Source: Chrysomallon squamiferum (lineage: Eukaryota; Animalia; Mollusca). From it: a stretch of DNA of 64,000 bases. The position numbers and the translations under genes were made by a program. The notes under the pieces were generated by a model. The model made no database searches and was not told the DNA's origin. It worked only from the letters and a program-made list of their open reading frames with translations. The stretch spans positions 9,858,001 to 9,922,000 of the forward strand of contig CM022676.1 of NCBI GenBank assembly GCA_012295275.1, read 5' to 3'. Position 1 is the first letter of the stretch; each line of letters opens with the position of its first letter. Below, one piece after another: positions 52,229-64,000 of this stretch.

Positions 52229-55200
52229 TCAAACAGAACCTTCCTGCATATGAAGAAACAAATGACTTGTTAGCTCATGTTTATCATCAAACATTTCCCC
52301 ACATTCTCTACAGATGTGACTTTGACCTCCAGGATGACCTTCATTGACCTGAATGTCTTCTGATTCACAATCCTTTGCATCATGGGTATCCATGATGGCT
52401 TTGATGTTTCCTGGAACATTCTGAACTGCAAAACTCAATCCAAATGTTTGACCATCTAAAGGTTTTCTCGATTTAACAGATGTGTCTAAAATATTAAATT
52501 TACGAGGAACTGTATGACATCTGCCTTGATGTGTTGATTTCCCTGAAATCTTTGAACTCATAGATTTCTCAGAATAATCTCTCCATTTTTTTGTTTTTGA
52601 TCATTTTCTTGACTGCTGGAACTAGGTGACATCTTGAAGGTAGTGAGTTCAAGTCTGGATTTCTCAAAATCGTTGACATTATTGTAAGTTTGTTTGCTTC
52701 TAGTATTTTTTTGAATCTCTAGGCTGTTAGCATCACAAGTAGGTGTACCAATTTTATTTTTCTGTTCAACCTCACACACCACATGTTCCTGTAAAATACT
52801 GTGTTTTGCTAATGTCTTGGTACATTCTTGCAAAAATGTTAAATCATCATAATCCTGTGTTTCTTGTTTGCCAATAGATTTCTGCAGAATTTCACTAATT
52901 TTGTTCCTCAGGGCTGTGCTGCTGTCAGATATATCTGCCTCTGTTTTTCTAACACTGTGCAGAAACAAACCATTTCTAGAATCTTCAGAAACGGCTCCGC
53001 TAAATGCTAGATTGGTTACGTCTCGGATGTTTGGCTTTGGTTGAATCTCTGAAAAACGGGAAGATAACGTGTCCACTTTATGATTTCGTTTCTTGTGGTT
53101 ATTTAACTTCAGCTTGTACAGGAACATTTCCCCGCATTCGTCACACTTGTACGGTTTCTCTCCCGTGTGCAGTCTGACGTGCCTGTTGCGAGACTGGCTG
53201 TCTCGGAAACCTCGGCCACAGTGAACGCACAAATAGCTTTTCTCTCCCGTGTGAACTCGCATGTGTTTGTACATGTTCTGCGACACGGTGAATCTCTGCC
53301 CGCAGATGTTGCATTTGTGAGGACGTTCTCCTGTGTGTGTTCTCATGTGAATCTGCAGGTAGCTTCGAGATTTCACCCTTTTCCCGCAAACACTGCACGT
53401 GATCGGTCCAGAATGTCCTTCCTGAGAGCTTGGGCATCCACTTCTCATCTGAAAGTGAAGGATTTGGATTCTGAGTGTTATACGAATCTGAAGAATGCTG
53501 GATTTTGATACTGTCTGGAATTAAATGCTGGGGAATGTTGTGCTCATCTGAAAACCTTAGAAACTGAATATCACTTTGGGCTGAAGGCTTTTTGATCATA
53601 GTGCTGTATTCACTTGAAGATTGTGAGATCTTGGAATCATCTTCAGCTGAAGATTGTTGGATATGAATATTATTTTCAACCAAGGACTGTTGAACAGAGT
53701 ATTTTGAATTCTTGGTTTTATATGAAAGTGCTTCATTTCCATTCTGAACATAATTTCTAATTAAAGATCTCTGAGTATTGAAATTCTGCACATTACTGTT
53801 TCCATTATCTTTTGGTATATTTTTATGCATACTCTTACTATTTCTCTTAGTGTTTATTTCAGAATGAATAAATCTTTCTGAATTTTTCTTTTTCTTTCTT
53901 TGATTCTTCAAATGTCCACTGTTTGTTTCATTACTACTTACAGTCTTGTAACATTTTATTTCACTGTTATTTTCAAACATTTGTGATGTGTTAATTTTGT
54001 CGTACTGAAAGTCAACTGGACAAGAGACATCTCTTTTCAGTTGGTCAAAGTTTGACTGAATAAATTTTTGTGAGATAGCTTTTACATTGTGGGAAAACGA
54101 ACTCCTTTCTCTTGATTTAGTACAGAAGTCTAACGGAGAACAATCTGTTTGCATTCCAGGTGACGATGATGCGACAGTTAAAGCTGGAATGTTTTCATAC
54201 TTTTCAAAAGAATGGGTTTTTGTTGTTAGATCCAATGCACCACCAGTTTTGCAATCTCTGTTGCATATACTTTGATGTGCATTAGAAGTCAATGGCAAAC
54301 CCATTAATTCAGTTTTATCTGAATGGTCTTCTGTGTAAGAATAAGCTACAGGATCTGAGATATAATTCAAAGTCTTGTTTTCTTTGGTTTGGATTGTACC
54401 AGCTCTTGCAGGTGACGCATGGGAAGCAACATATGAATTACTGATACCGTTATATCTCCTATTTTCATCTTCTAGTGAAATATAATCCAAAGGTTTCTTT
54501 TCTCCAATTTTGGCTGTATAGGATTTTGCAGGAGATATATGGGAAGCTGTGTATACATTACTGCAATCTTCTAGTGATTCTTGTTGTGAATCTTTTGATG
54601 TAGATAAATTCAGTACTTGATCTGATGACATACTAAAACTATTTTGATAGTAAACCTGTAACTGCCACGCAGCCCAGTACTGAAAATTCCTCTGTTGAAC
54701 CATATCTGCAATATTGTTATATACTGCAGACTGTTCCTTTTTGTTATTTGGCTTTTTGTTAGAATTATTATGTACTACAGCCCTTTTTCTTTTAAAATGT
54801 ATGAACCCGTCTTCAGTGGAATCATGACATTTTACGTTTGTCATTTTAGGAACATTCAATTTTAAATTGTTATCTGCAGCTGTAACATTACTAATTAACA
54901 TCGTATTTGAGTCAGGTTCCACGGTCACTGAAATGGAATCGCTTACCTTAGAATTAACCACAGACTTGGGCTGCTTGTTAATTGTCACAATCTGTGCATT
55001 TTGAGGACTTCTGTGTCCGTTTTGTTGAACAGTGTAAGCATGGCAGTTCATATGCTGAATATACATTTCCCTGTACCTGAAATTCTTAGGACACACATTA
55101 CATTTGTACGGCCTCTCGCCTGTATGGATTCGTGTGTGTCTTTTCATTGACTGGCTGTCACGGAACAGTTTACCACAGTGAGGACAACTGTATTTCTTCT

Positions 55201-56465
55201 CTCCAGTGTGAATCCTCATGTGTTTCGAAACATTCTGACACACAGCAAACCCACGACCACACACACTGCACTTGAAAGGTTTTTCTCCCGTATGTATTCT
55301 CATGTGTCCCTCAACGTATCGCAGAGATGAGAATACTTTCCCACACACGCTGCAAGATGGAGGTGCATTCTCAACCTCTGCCTGCCGCAGGTCTGAGCAA
55401 GATTTGGACGCCTCTGCCGAGACTTGATTGCTCTCTGTTGAATTCTGGTTCTGCTTCACCTGAAGTACTCCAGTCGTAACACTGTTGACGTCGTTCTGAA
55501 GTGGAAGATTCATTTCTGGATTTATTTCTGTGGTGCAGTTTGATTCGTGATTATGTTGGTTTTCACATTTTTCATTTTGACCACGATTTAGTGTCTGTTT
55601 TTGCTCTGAATGAAGATGTGGAGTTTTATCTGATTCGTGGTAATTTTGGTATCTATGTTTTCCGTTTTGATCATGATTCAGGTTCTGTTTTTGCACTGAA
55701 AGAAGATCTGTATTCTCACCTGCTACCAAGTTATCTGAAGGCTTTAAAGATTTAGATTCTGCAGACTGGTTAAAATAATGTCCATCACAAAACTTGGTAT
55801 CACCATCTGCAGCTAAAGACTTTGTCGCTCCTAAAGAATAGGTGTCTAAGGCAACATGACTATTTGAACTACAAGTAGTTACAGCTGAAAAAGTATTTTC
55901 CTGTTACCTCAGAAACACCAGATTCTGGATGGTCCGAGCAGCCAGGATCAGTATGAAACTGTTCCTTACATTCACTATGAAACCTTTCATTAGTTTTAGG
56001 TAATTCTGAATTATTATTTTTTTCAGTATTCTTTACACCTTCGGGTGACCCTTTTCTCGAAGAGCTGTCTTTAAATGAAGTGTTAATTAGCTCTTTAGAA
56101 CCACAATGAACACTGTCGCGAGAAGTTGATGAATTTAAAGTCGTATTTCCTTCCACATCTTCTAAAACTGCCGAAGACCTTTCTTTCAAAGAGTTAAAAT
56201 ATTCAGTTTTAACACAAACTTTTGAACCATACAGTGATGGATCATCAGATAAAGATAATTCAGAAACTGTTTTTTCTTTAACATGCTCTGAATTTTGAGA
56301 TTCTGAGACTCTGGTGGTATTGCAGTTATTTCCAGTACTAACAGGTTCACATTTCACTTGCACACACAATTCATGACGAAAATCAAGTAAACCTCTGTCA
56401 TTTTCACCACTTTCTTGTCCATCTACATCATGCTCACTTTCTGACAGTGTAATTCCTGATACCAT
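52229..56465 (-). CDS. C2H2 zinc-finger protein (two clusters of 4 fingers plus 1 terminal finger), split over four reading frames; frameshifted gene/pseudogene or unresolved introns
   Basis: CxxC...HxxxH fingers with TGEKP/TGERP linkers at ~55040-55360 and ~53080-53400, and [23 protein letters not shown] at the end. Frame breaks near 55870-55905, ~53450 and ~52560-52600. Acceptor ttgcag| at ~56518. Confidence 0.8.
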
Positions 56466-57701
56466 GCTGCAAGCCTCTTTGATTTACTTGTTTTATTCCT
56501 TACTCCAGTCTTGATTCCTGCAAGACATAATTTAATAACATAGTAGTATGTTATAGAGTAATTATTGAAAGAAGTATTTTTGTTAAGTTATACTTGAGAA
56601 ATTGCTCTGTAGAATCATGTAAGCAAGAAATATAAAACTAATATTTTAAGCATAAAATTTTATTTAAATAATAAATGTACAATTTCTTCTCTGTAATATT
56701 ATTATTATTTTAATATTTATTGTTCAGTTTTATTTTTATTAAACTTTATTTATTAAACACATGTTAATTCCATATATAAAATAGTCAATTACACTAAAGA
56801 ATATATACATAATAATTAATATTTAATGTTCCAAAACTTTCGTCAATCCATATCGCTTGCTTTAATTACTATTGCAATATAATATTAATTATATTTATAA
56901 TATTAATAGTAATATAAATATATTTTAATGATTTATATACATGCTAAATATGCTATTAATAATATTATCATTTTTTTAATAACTGACCCATTCATAACAA
57001 ACAATATTACTGTGAAAATTGATGTTCACTTTATTTTTTGAATTGGTTTATTCATAAAGTTTTATAAAATATTCAGTAAAACAAAGAAAAAAATATATAT
57101 TTCCAGTCATATTATCAATTTAACGCATAATGACATACAAATTCACCAAAAACATCAGAAATATCATGTATAATAAATACCTGAACAGTATTAGATTGTA
57201 AGTTTTTTCTGCTTTACTTCATTCAAAATTAAACCACATTCGCTCCAAAAATTATCTTGACGTTTGGCTTCCAAGGGAAATAACTCCATTTTGTTTCCTA
57301 ATGTTTTTTCTTCCATTCACTGGCGCACTCAAATAAGTAATTAAACCTACAACATTATACAAAATAAAAACCATTAGGCCAACTGCACGCTACTAAAATT
57401 TGAAGACAAATATGCACAACATAAATTTTGACATTTAAGTTTTCAGCACATAAATATGTATCAGTATTAAATAAATGTGTGATGAAATTTAAATGTATTT
57501 TGTGCACCAGCTGCAAGAAGTATAATTATTGACAAACGTGTATGCTGGTGACAAGTGCTTAAATTGGATCCTTGGTTTAGATCCCTCATTTGCATCAGAA
57601 AACGTAACAAAAATATTATATTGCATAATATTTATTAAAATTATTTTTATATTATTATTTTTTTATTATTATTATGATTATTATTATTATGATTATTATT
57701 A

Positions 57702-57737
<36 letters not shown>

Positions 57738-60598
57738 TGTTGTTGTTGTTGTTATTGTTGTGCTTTTCTGGGGTTTTTTGTTAAGGACAACAAATATTAA
57801 TTAGTCTCTTCTGCATTTTCCTCAGAATTCCTTTTGTACTTATTGTTGCAGTACTGCTTTTATGTTGATGAATTCTGAATGAACACATCTCATCTTGACT
57901 GAGAAAATGACAGACTCCTTTTATTTATATATATATATATATATATACATATATATGTACCCACACACACACACCCACACACACAGGGCCTATGAGAGGG
58001 GGTCCAGCCAATACTTTGTTCCAGGACATAAAAGCTAAGAAGGGCCCCCCTTGAGAACAACCATTTTCTATTACCCTCAGCCCAATATGCACTTATATTC
58101 ACATACACAAACATCATTATACTTATCACACCACACTTACTTCTTTTTATTAGTATTTTGAGAAAAATATTAGCGTGCTTCTGGGACTCCAAAGGGGTCT
58201 TGAACAGCTGTGCAGAATTTCTCTTGGAGGCTGTGTACATATATATATATATATGTAAACTGATTTGTAAATGATTTACTGTTTACTTAATATCTATAAT
58301 CTGTTAAATCATTTATGTCTAAACTGTTGTTTTATTTCTCCTTATTTCACCTTTTTTGGGGGGGGTCAAATTTCATCAGCAAGAAAGTAACCACTGCTTT
58401 TAACCTTAATTCTATGTAAATTAGTCTCCCGCTTACCTCACTTAACTATCGGAAACTTGGAACCAATTACATCTTTAATCTGAGGTATTATTATAGTATG
58501 GATATCGCTTATCACATAAAGTATACATATATGACAAATATTGAAATAATCTATGTATTAGATATAGTGAATGTAAATAATTATAAAAGAAGGTATTCAT
58601 CTAAAATGATCACGAATGATTTGGTCCTTCTTATAAACTTTTTCAGTCATAGCCAAAGTATTTGCAGGTCATACTATCTTTAGTATACCATACTATTAAT
58701 ATACTATGTCACATATATTATAATATGTATGTATGTGTGCATAATGTAAATATGCTCTGAAACATATATCTTGAACATGTTTAAGTTGAATATGGTTTAA
58801 TTCGAACAGTTAATGATAAATATAATTTTCATATATTCTATTACTGAATATAAAATACTCGTATGTAAAATATGTTTTTTTTTAAATTATATTGCTGAAT
58901 AAAATTAGTTATTTATAATATTTTTGTCGTTTTCTTTTACAGAAGCCAGCCATGAGAATTAACAAAAAACACATCGTGCTGCTTTTTTCTTTTCTTTTCT
59001 ATTTTTCTTTTTATTTTTTTAATAGATAGAAAAATTGATGTAAAATTGTTTATTATTGGTTGGTTGTTTTGTAAAAAAATAAAATGTTTATGAATTAGAA
59101 ATGACCAGCTTAAATAATAATAATAAGAAGAAGAAGAAGACTACAAATAAGAATAAGAAGAATACAAATAATAACAATAATAATAATAATAACAATAATA
59201 ATAGTAATAATATTATAATAATAATAATGTTTATGATGATGATTATGATGATGATAATGAGGAGGAAGATGATGAAATAATGAAAAAGTAAAAAATCTAC
59301 AACAAATGAGTAGTAAACGCTTATTCTGCTTTCGGTTGATGTTACATAATCAATTTAGGAACAATGCACTCCACCTCTGAATGTTAGAAAGAAACCAGGC
59401 CAAGTTCATTATATATAGAGGTAATCGGATATTGCAATAGAGTTTTTTCTAAGAAATGGGAATTAGACAAACTGGGAATTCTACCAGATGGGAAGACACC
59501 ATTCTAACATTGTGACCACAACTATACCATCAAAGGCTAGAGTGTTTTCCAGCTAATGGGATGGCATATATAAAATATTTGTTACTGCTAAACAACAACT
59601 CATTTCATGGTTGCAGTAAGTTTTCTCATTTCATACCATTACAAAAGAGAACCTCACTGATAAGATGATAATAAAAAAAAAAACATTTCTTGCTGCAGAA
59701 CTACAGTTGCTCATTTTAAGTTGTCAACAGATTTATTCATTTCTTATCATCATTGTACAAGAAAACTCGACTGATAATAATATTAAGTTGAATAAAATAT
59801 GTGAAAGTCATTAAATAAATATTTACTTTGTTTGTATTTGACTTGCAGTTGACAAGATATATCATGTAACACTCATTATAAAACAAATATAATTTTTTTT
59901 TTTTTTACTATTTTATTTAATTCTATTTTCATTAATATTTTGATTCAAACACAAACACAAATTAACAAAACTCTTGTATGAACTAGAAAAGCCAGTTTAT
60001 TTCAGAAAAAACCCAAAGTAATTTTGTTGTTAACAACTTTCAATTATATATACACATTTTCATAATAATAAAATAATGATGGAAATTAACAAAGACAAAG
60101 TGCCTAATGTAATTTTTTTCACTTCTTGAGAGAAAAAAAAAAAAAAAAAAAAAATAATAATAATAATAAAAAAAAAAAAGTAATAATAATAATAAAACAA
60201 AAACAAAAAGAAAAGAAAAGAAAGTATTAAATTCTCATATTTCCATCAGCTCAAAATGCCTAAAACTTTCTATAAAATAAAACCAAATATAAGTTTTCAC
60301 TTCTGTGATTAGGAAAACAATTAAATTAGAGCAAATGATAATAATCACTCACTTAAAATGAAAACTACAAACATGATTAATGAATTCATGAAAGTAAAAA
60401 CCACTGAAATTTATCAATTTAAAATGGATCTTAAAACCCAACATTAAACAATAACAACAGCAGTAAATATTGATTTTTAAATAAAATAAATAAATGAATT
60501 AAAAATAATGTTTCTGAACCACTTATTAAAAAAACAACATATTGATTATGATATTAATAGGTCACATACACACAACAATATATGTACAAATGTGTTGT

Positions 60599-60632
<34 letters not shown>

Positions 60633-62264
60633 GTGTGTGTGTGTGTTTATTTATTTATCCTGCAGTCACTCTATATAGTGGAAAGATATGATGCGATTAA
60701 TTTCTATCCAAAAATACAGCTGATGGGTTAGAACTATATTTGGTTTGATAAATTATATATGTATATATGTATATATATAAACAAGTAATTTATCAAAGTT
60801 ATATATTGTCCAAAGTTACTTCTTTAGAATTTAACTGCTGCTTTGGATATTAAAAAACCATTATGGAAACAGCTTTCATAAATACTTTTTTTTTGTTATT
60901 TACGAACTATTTTGTTTTGATGGATACTACAATGAAATCAATTTGCGTGAAAACTGCTCAAAGCATTGAGTTATTAAATAAAACAGTTAACTTCATCTAG
61001 TGTTTGTATTATTTAGGACTGCAGGAATAACTTTCTTAAGATACCAGCGAAGAGTTTTGCCAGGATAAATTTCAATCCTTCACGTTAACAGAAATCAGAG
61101 GTTTACCAGGATACATTTCAAATGTATGCATAATATAAAAAAAAAGTACTGGGTTTCTACCAAGACAACTCCAGATTTCTACCAAAATGAATTTTAACCA
61201 TCCACATTAAAGCTGTGACCCATTTACAAGGAAAAGCTCAAATAAGGAAGTTTAAAAAATAAAAATAAAAATAAAATCCCCCAAAACAAACAACAACAAC
61301 CCTCAAAACAGTATTATTTCTACCAGTACAAATTGTAAAAAGAAAAATACAGTTTTACCTGGAAAAATTCAAATCCTGCATGTCAACGGAATGAAAAGAA
61401 ACCTTTTTAATAAATAATATTTGAACAATAAACACATGTAACATTGTACATTAATATTACAATCCAAAAGGCTTTTTAAAACCAATGTGCTTTATAACAG
61501 ATAAAACTAAAATTCTGTAAAAGTGCAATAAATGTCAAAAAGACATTTTCAGTTACAGTACTAATAATATTACCATATATTAACAACAAAACCAAAACCA
61601 AATGTAAGATATCTTTTTCATAATAAATAACATTAATAAGTTTTGAAAGCATCAGTAAAGAAAAAGGTCTGTTAGTACATTTTTTTTATAGGTTTTAATT
61701 ATTAAATGTTAAGAACAGAAGTGAATTAAGGAAAACACAAAGACTGAAGTTTTTTTACCAATCAAAAACTCCTATTCAATTCACTATCTTTGTTAATAAT
61801 CAATAATCAATAACATTAATACTGTCAATAGAAATTAAATCATTACAAAGGATTAGGCTATTTTAGCATGTGTGTGTGTGTGTGTGTGTGTGTGTGATAC
61901 AAAACATAACAATCTATTTTTTTCTAAAAATACAAAGTACAAAATCTAATAATATTTTATGTTTTAAAATACCAACCATAAAATCTTGTAAAACTCACAT
62001 TCAATTAAAGTCTTTCTAATAATAATTTTTTTTTTAATATAACCTACAGATTCCAGCCAGATGTTAGTTTAATGTTACAAAAAAAAAAAGATAAATAAAA
62101 AAATAAACTTAAAAAACTGGCTTTTCAACAAATATATACTATAAATATTTCTATTTAAGACACTTTTTAAAGATTACTATTAGTAATCAAAAAAATAATA
62201 ATAATGAATAACTGAAAACAAACTACCAAAAAGAATGTCTTTAAATATCACATGATGATGTAAT

Positions 62265-63050
62265 TAAATTACCAAGAAAATTGTCTTTTTAAGACCATAT
62301 TATAGCTGGAACAGAATTTAAAATAGGGTAACTATTGAAAAAAAATGAATCACTGAAAACATGCTAACAAACAGAATGCCATTTCAACAAATATTTTAAA
62401 TATCTCAGCTTGTAATTAAATTAAAAAGAAAAATGTCTTTTTAAGACCTTATTATAGCTGGAACAGAATTTAAAATATGGTAACTATTGAAACAAAATGA
62501 ATAATTGAAAACATGCTAACAAACAGAATGCCATTTCAACAAATATTTTAAATATCTCAGCCTGTAATTAAATTAAAAAGAAAAATGTCTTTTTAAGACC
62601 TTATTATAGCTGGAATAGAATTTAAAATATGATAACTATTGAAAAAAATAAATAATTGAAAACACTAACAAAAAGAATGCCATTTCAACAAATATTTTAA
62701 ATCATTCAACTTGTAATTAAATTAACAAGAAAAATTTCTTTTTAAAACCATATTATAGCTAGAACAGAATTTAAAATATGATAACCATTGAAAAAAATGA
62801 ATAACTGAAAACACTAATAAAAAGAATGCCATTTCAACAAATATTTTAAATCATTCAACTTGTAATTAAATTAACAAGAAAAAATTTCTTTTTAAAACCA
62901 TATTATAGCTAGAACAGAATTTAAAATATGATAACCATTGAAAAAAATGAATAACTGAAAACATTAATAAAAAGAATGCCATTTCAACAAATATTTTAAA
63001 TATTTCAACTTGTAATTAAATTAACAAGAAAAAATGTCTTTTTAAGACTG
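62265..63050. repeat. ~151-bp tandem repeat x~5
   Basis: Motif tctttttaagacc.tattatagctggaacagaatttaaaata recurs at ~62283, 62435, 62588, 62737, 62887 and partly 63037. Confidence 0.88.
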
Positions 63051-64000
63051 TCTGTTTATAATAAGAAAATAATGGTAAACTCTGAAAATAAATAGGTCTT
63101 TTTAAGACTAATTTATAAATATCTTTAAATGACTAAAATAATATGTAGTGGGACACAATACAGCTCACTTTGATATTACTGCTCTAGAATAATAATCCCT
63201 TCATTATTGTGTTTTGATCGTCAGGCAAAAATTTATTTTGATCATCTCTTGAAATAGCTGGTATATAGGGAGTGAAAACAGCATTAATGCAGTTTTGATA
63301 CGGTCAGTGACTTTGGACCTTTAGTAAATACACCAATCAAGAAATTATTACACTTAAAAAAATTAATCTCGTGAGGTGCGTGACTTGTTGAGGCTAGTAA
63401 TACATTTTAATAAATAAAAATGAGTGTGTTTGTGTGTGTGAATATAATATGAACTGAGGCAATGACCAAGTCCAGTTAATGAATTTTTAATGAAACATTT
63501 CAAGAAATTTGGCAACAGATAACAAAATAAATAAATCTGAAATTTCTTTTATCATATAAAACATACATGACAGTGCCTTTTCAAAAACTGCCTGAAAATA
63601 ATTCCGAATCCATGATAAAGACAGAACTATCCTGGAATGTAAGCATAAACAATATACTGTTTGTTTGCTTGTATTTTGTTTGTGGTTTTTTGGCAAAGCT
63701 AACTGCCAGAAATCTGGCAATCAATGGGAAACTATCATGATATAAAAAAAATAAAAATAAAAAGCAAAGAAATGCAAGAACAGAATAATAATAATAAAAT
63801 AACATTTTCCTGAATTGATAAAGGTTGAATTTTCGTAAAATGAAACATGTAATCACCAATAACCATAACAGTATTAAATTCAAAATGAAAAAATTTCTTT
63901 ACAAATCTTTTGAGACTAAACTTATTAACAGCAATATTAACAACTGTGTCAAAATCCAAACTAGGCACAAACTCATCTTTCATTAAATCTTAATTTTTAA

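Noticed and set aside
55899-55905. 7-nt GTAACAG on the minus strand whose removal would restore the zinc-finger frame
   Set aside because: Far below the minimum spliceosomal intron size; most likely coincidence.
57400-64000. Search for further genes in the last 6.6 kb
   Set aside because: Only AT-rich non-coding sequence and a ~151-bp tandem repeat were found; the short ORFs have no recognisable features. It may be a long 3'UTR or intergenic DNA.

Overview
This is AT-rich, microsatellite-dense eukaryotic (animal) DNA. A mollusc is plausible but is my inference only. Most ORF-track entries are translations of simple repeats. The real coding content is: (1) the 3' exons of a coiled-coil protein gene (+, ~382-4548); (2) a 30-kb, 28-coding-exon gene (+, 15587-45572) that the ORF track only fragments, encoding a secreted ~1,400-aa protein made of a signal-peptide exon plus 27 sequence-divergent module exons (26 symmetric phase-1/1 internal exons and a terminal exon), each carrying one small Cys-rich FN1/VWC-like module (C-x2-|C-x5-C-x13-C-x-C-x6-C) and a variable, often His/Pro-rich linker; (3) an intronless membrane-anchored FkbM-family methyltransferase (+, 49066-50067); (4) a C2H2 zinc-finger gene (-, 56465-52229) broken into four reading frames. 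There is also an internally deleted Tigger/pogo DNA transposon (18935-19683). A striking recurring pattern is that many tandem repeats in this window are amplified copies of the adjacent splice site (acceptor, donor or branch region), with roughly 100 or more decoy acceptors in front of the His/Pro-rich exons. All coordinates were read by hand and may be off by a few bases.
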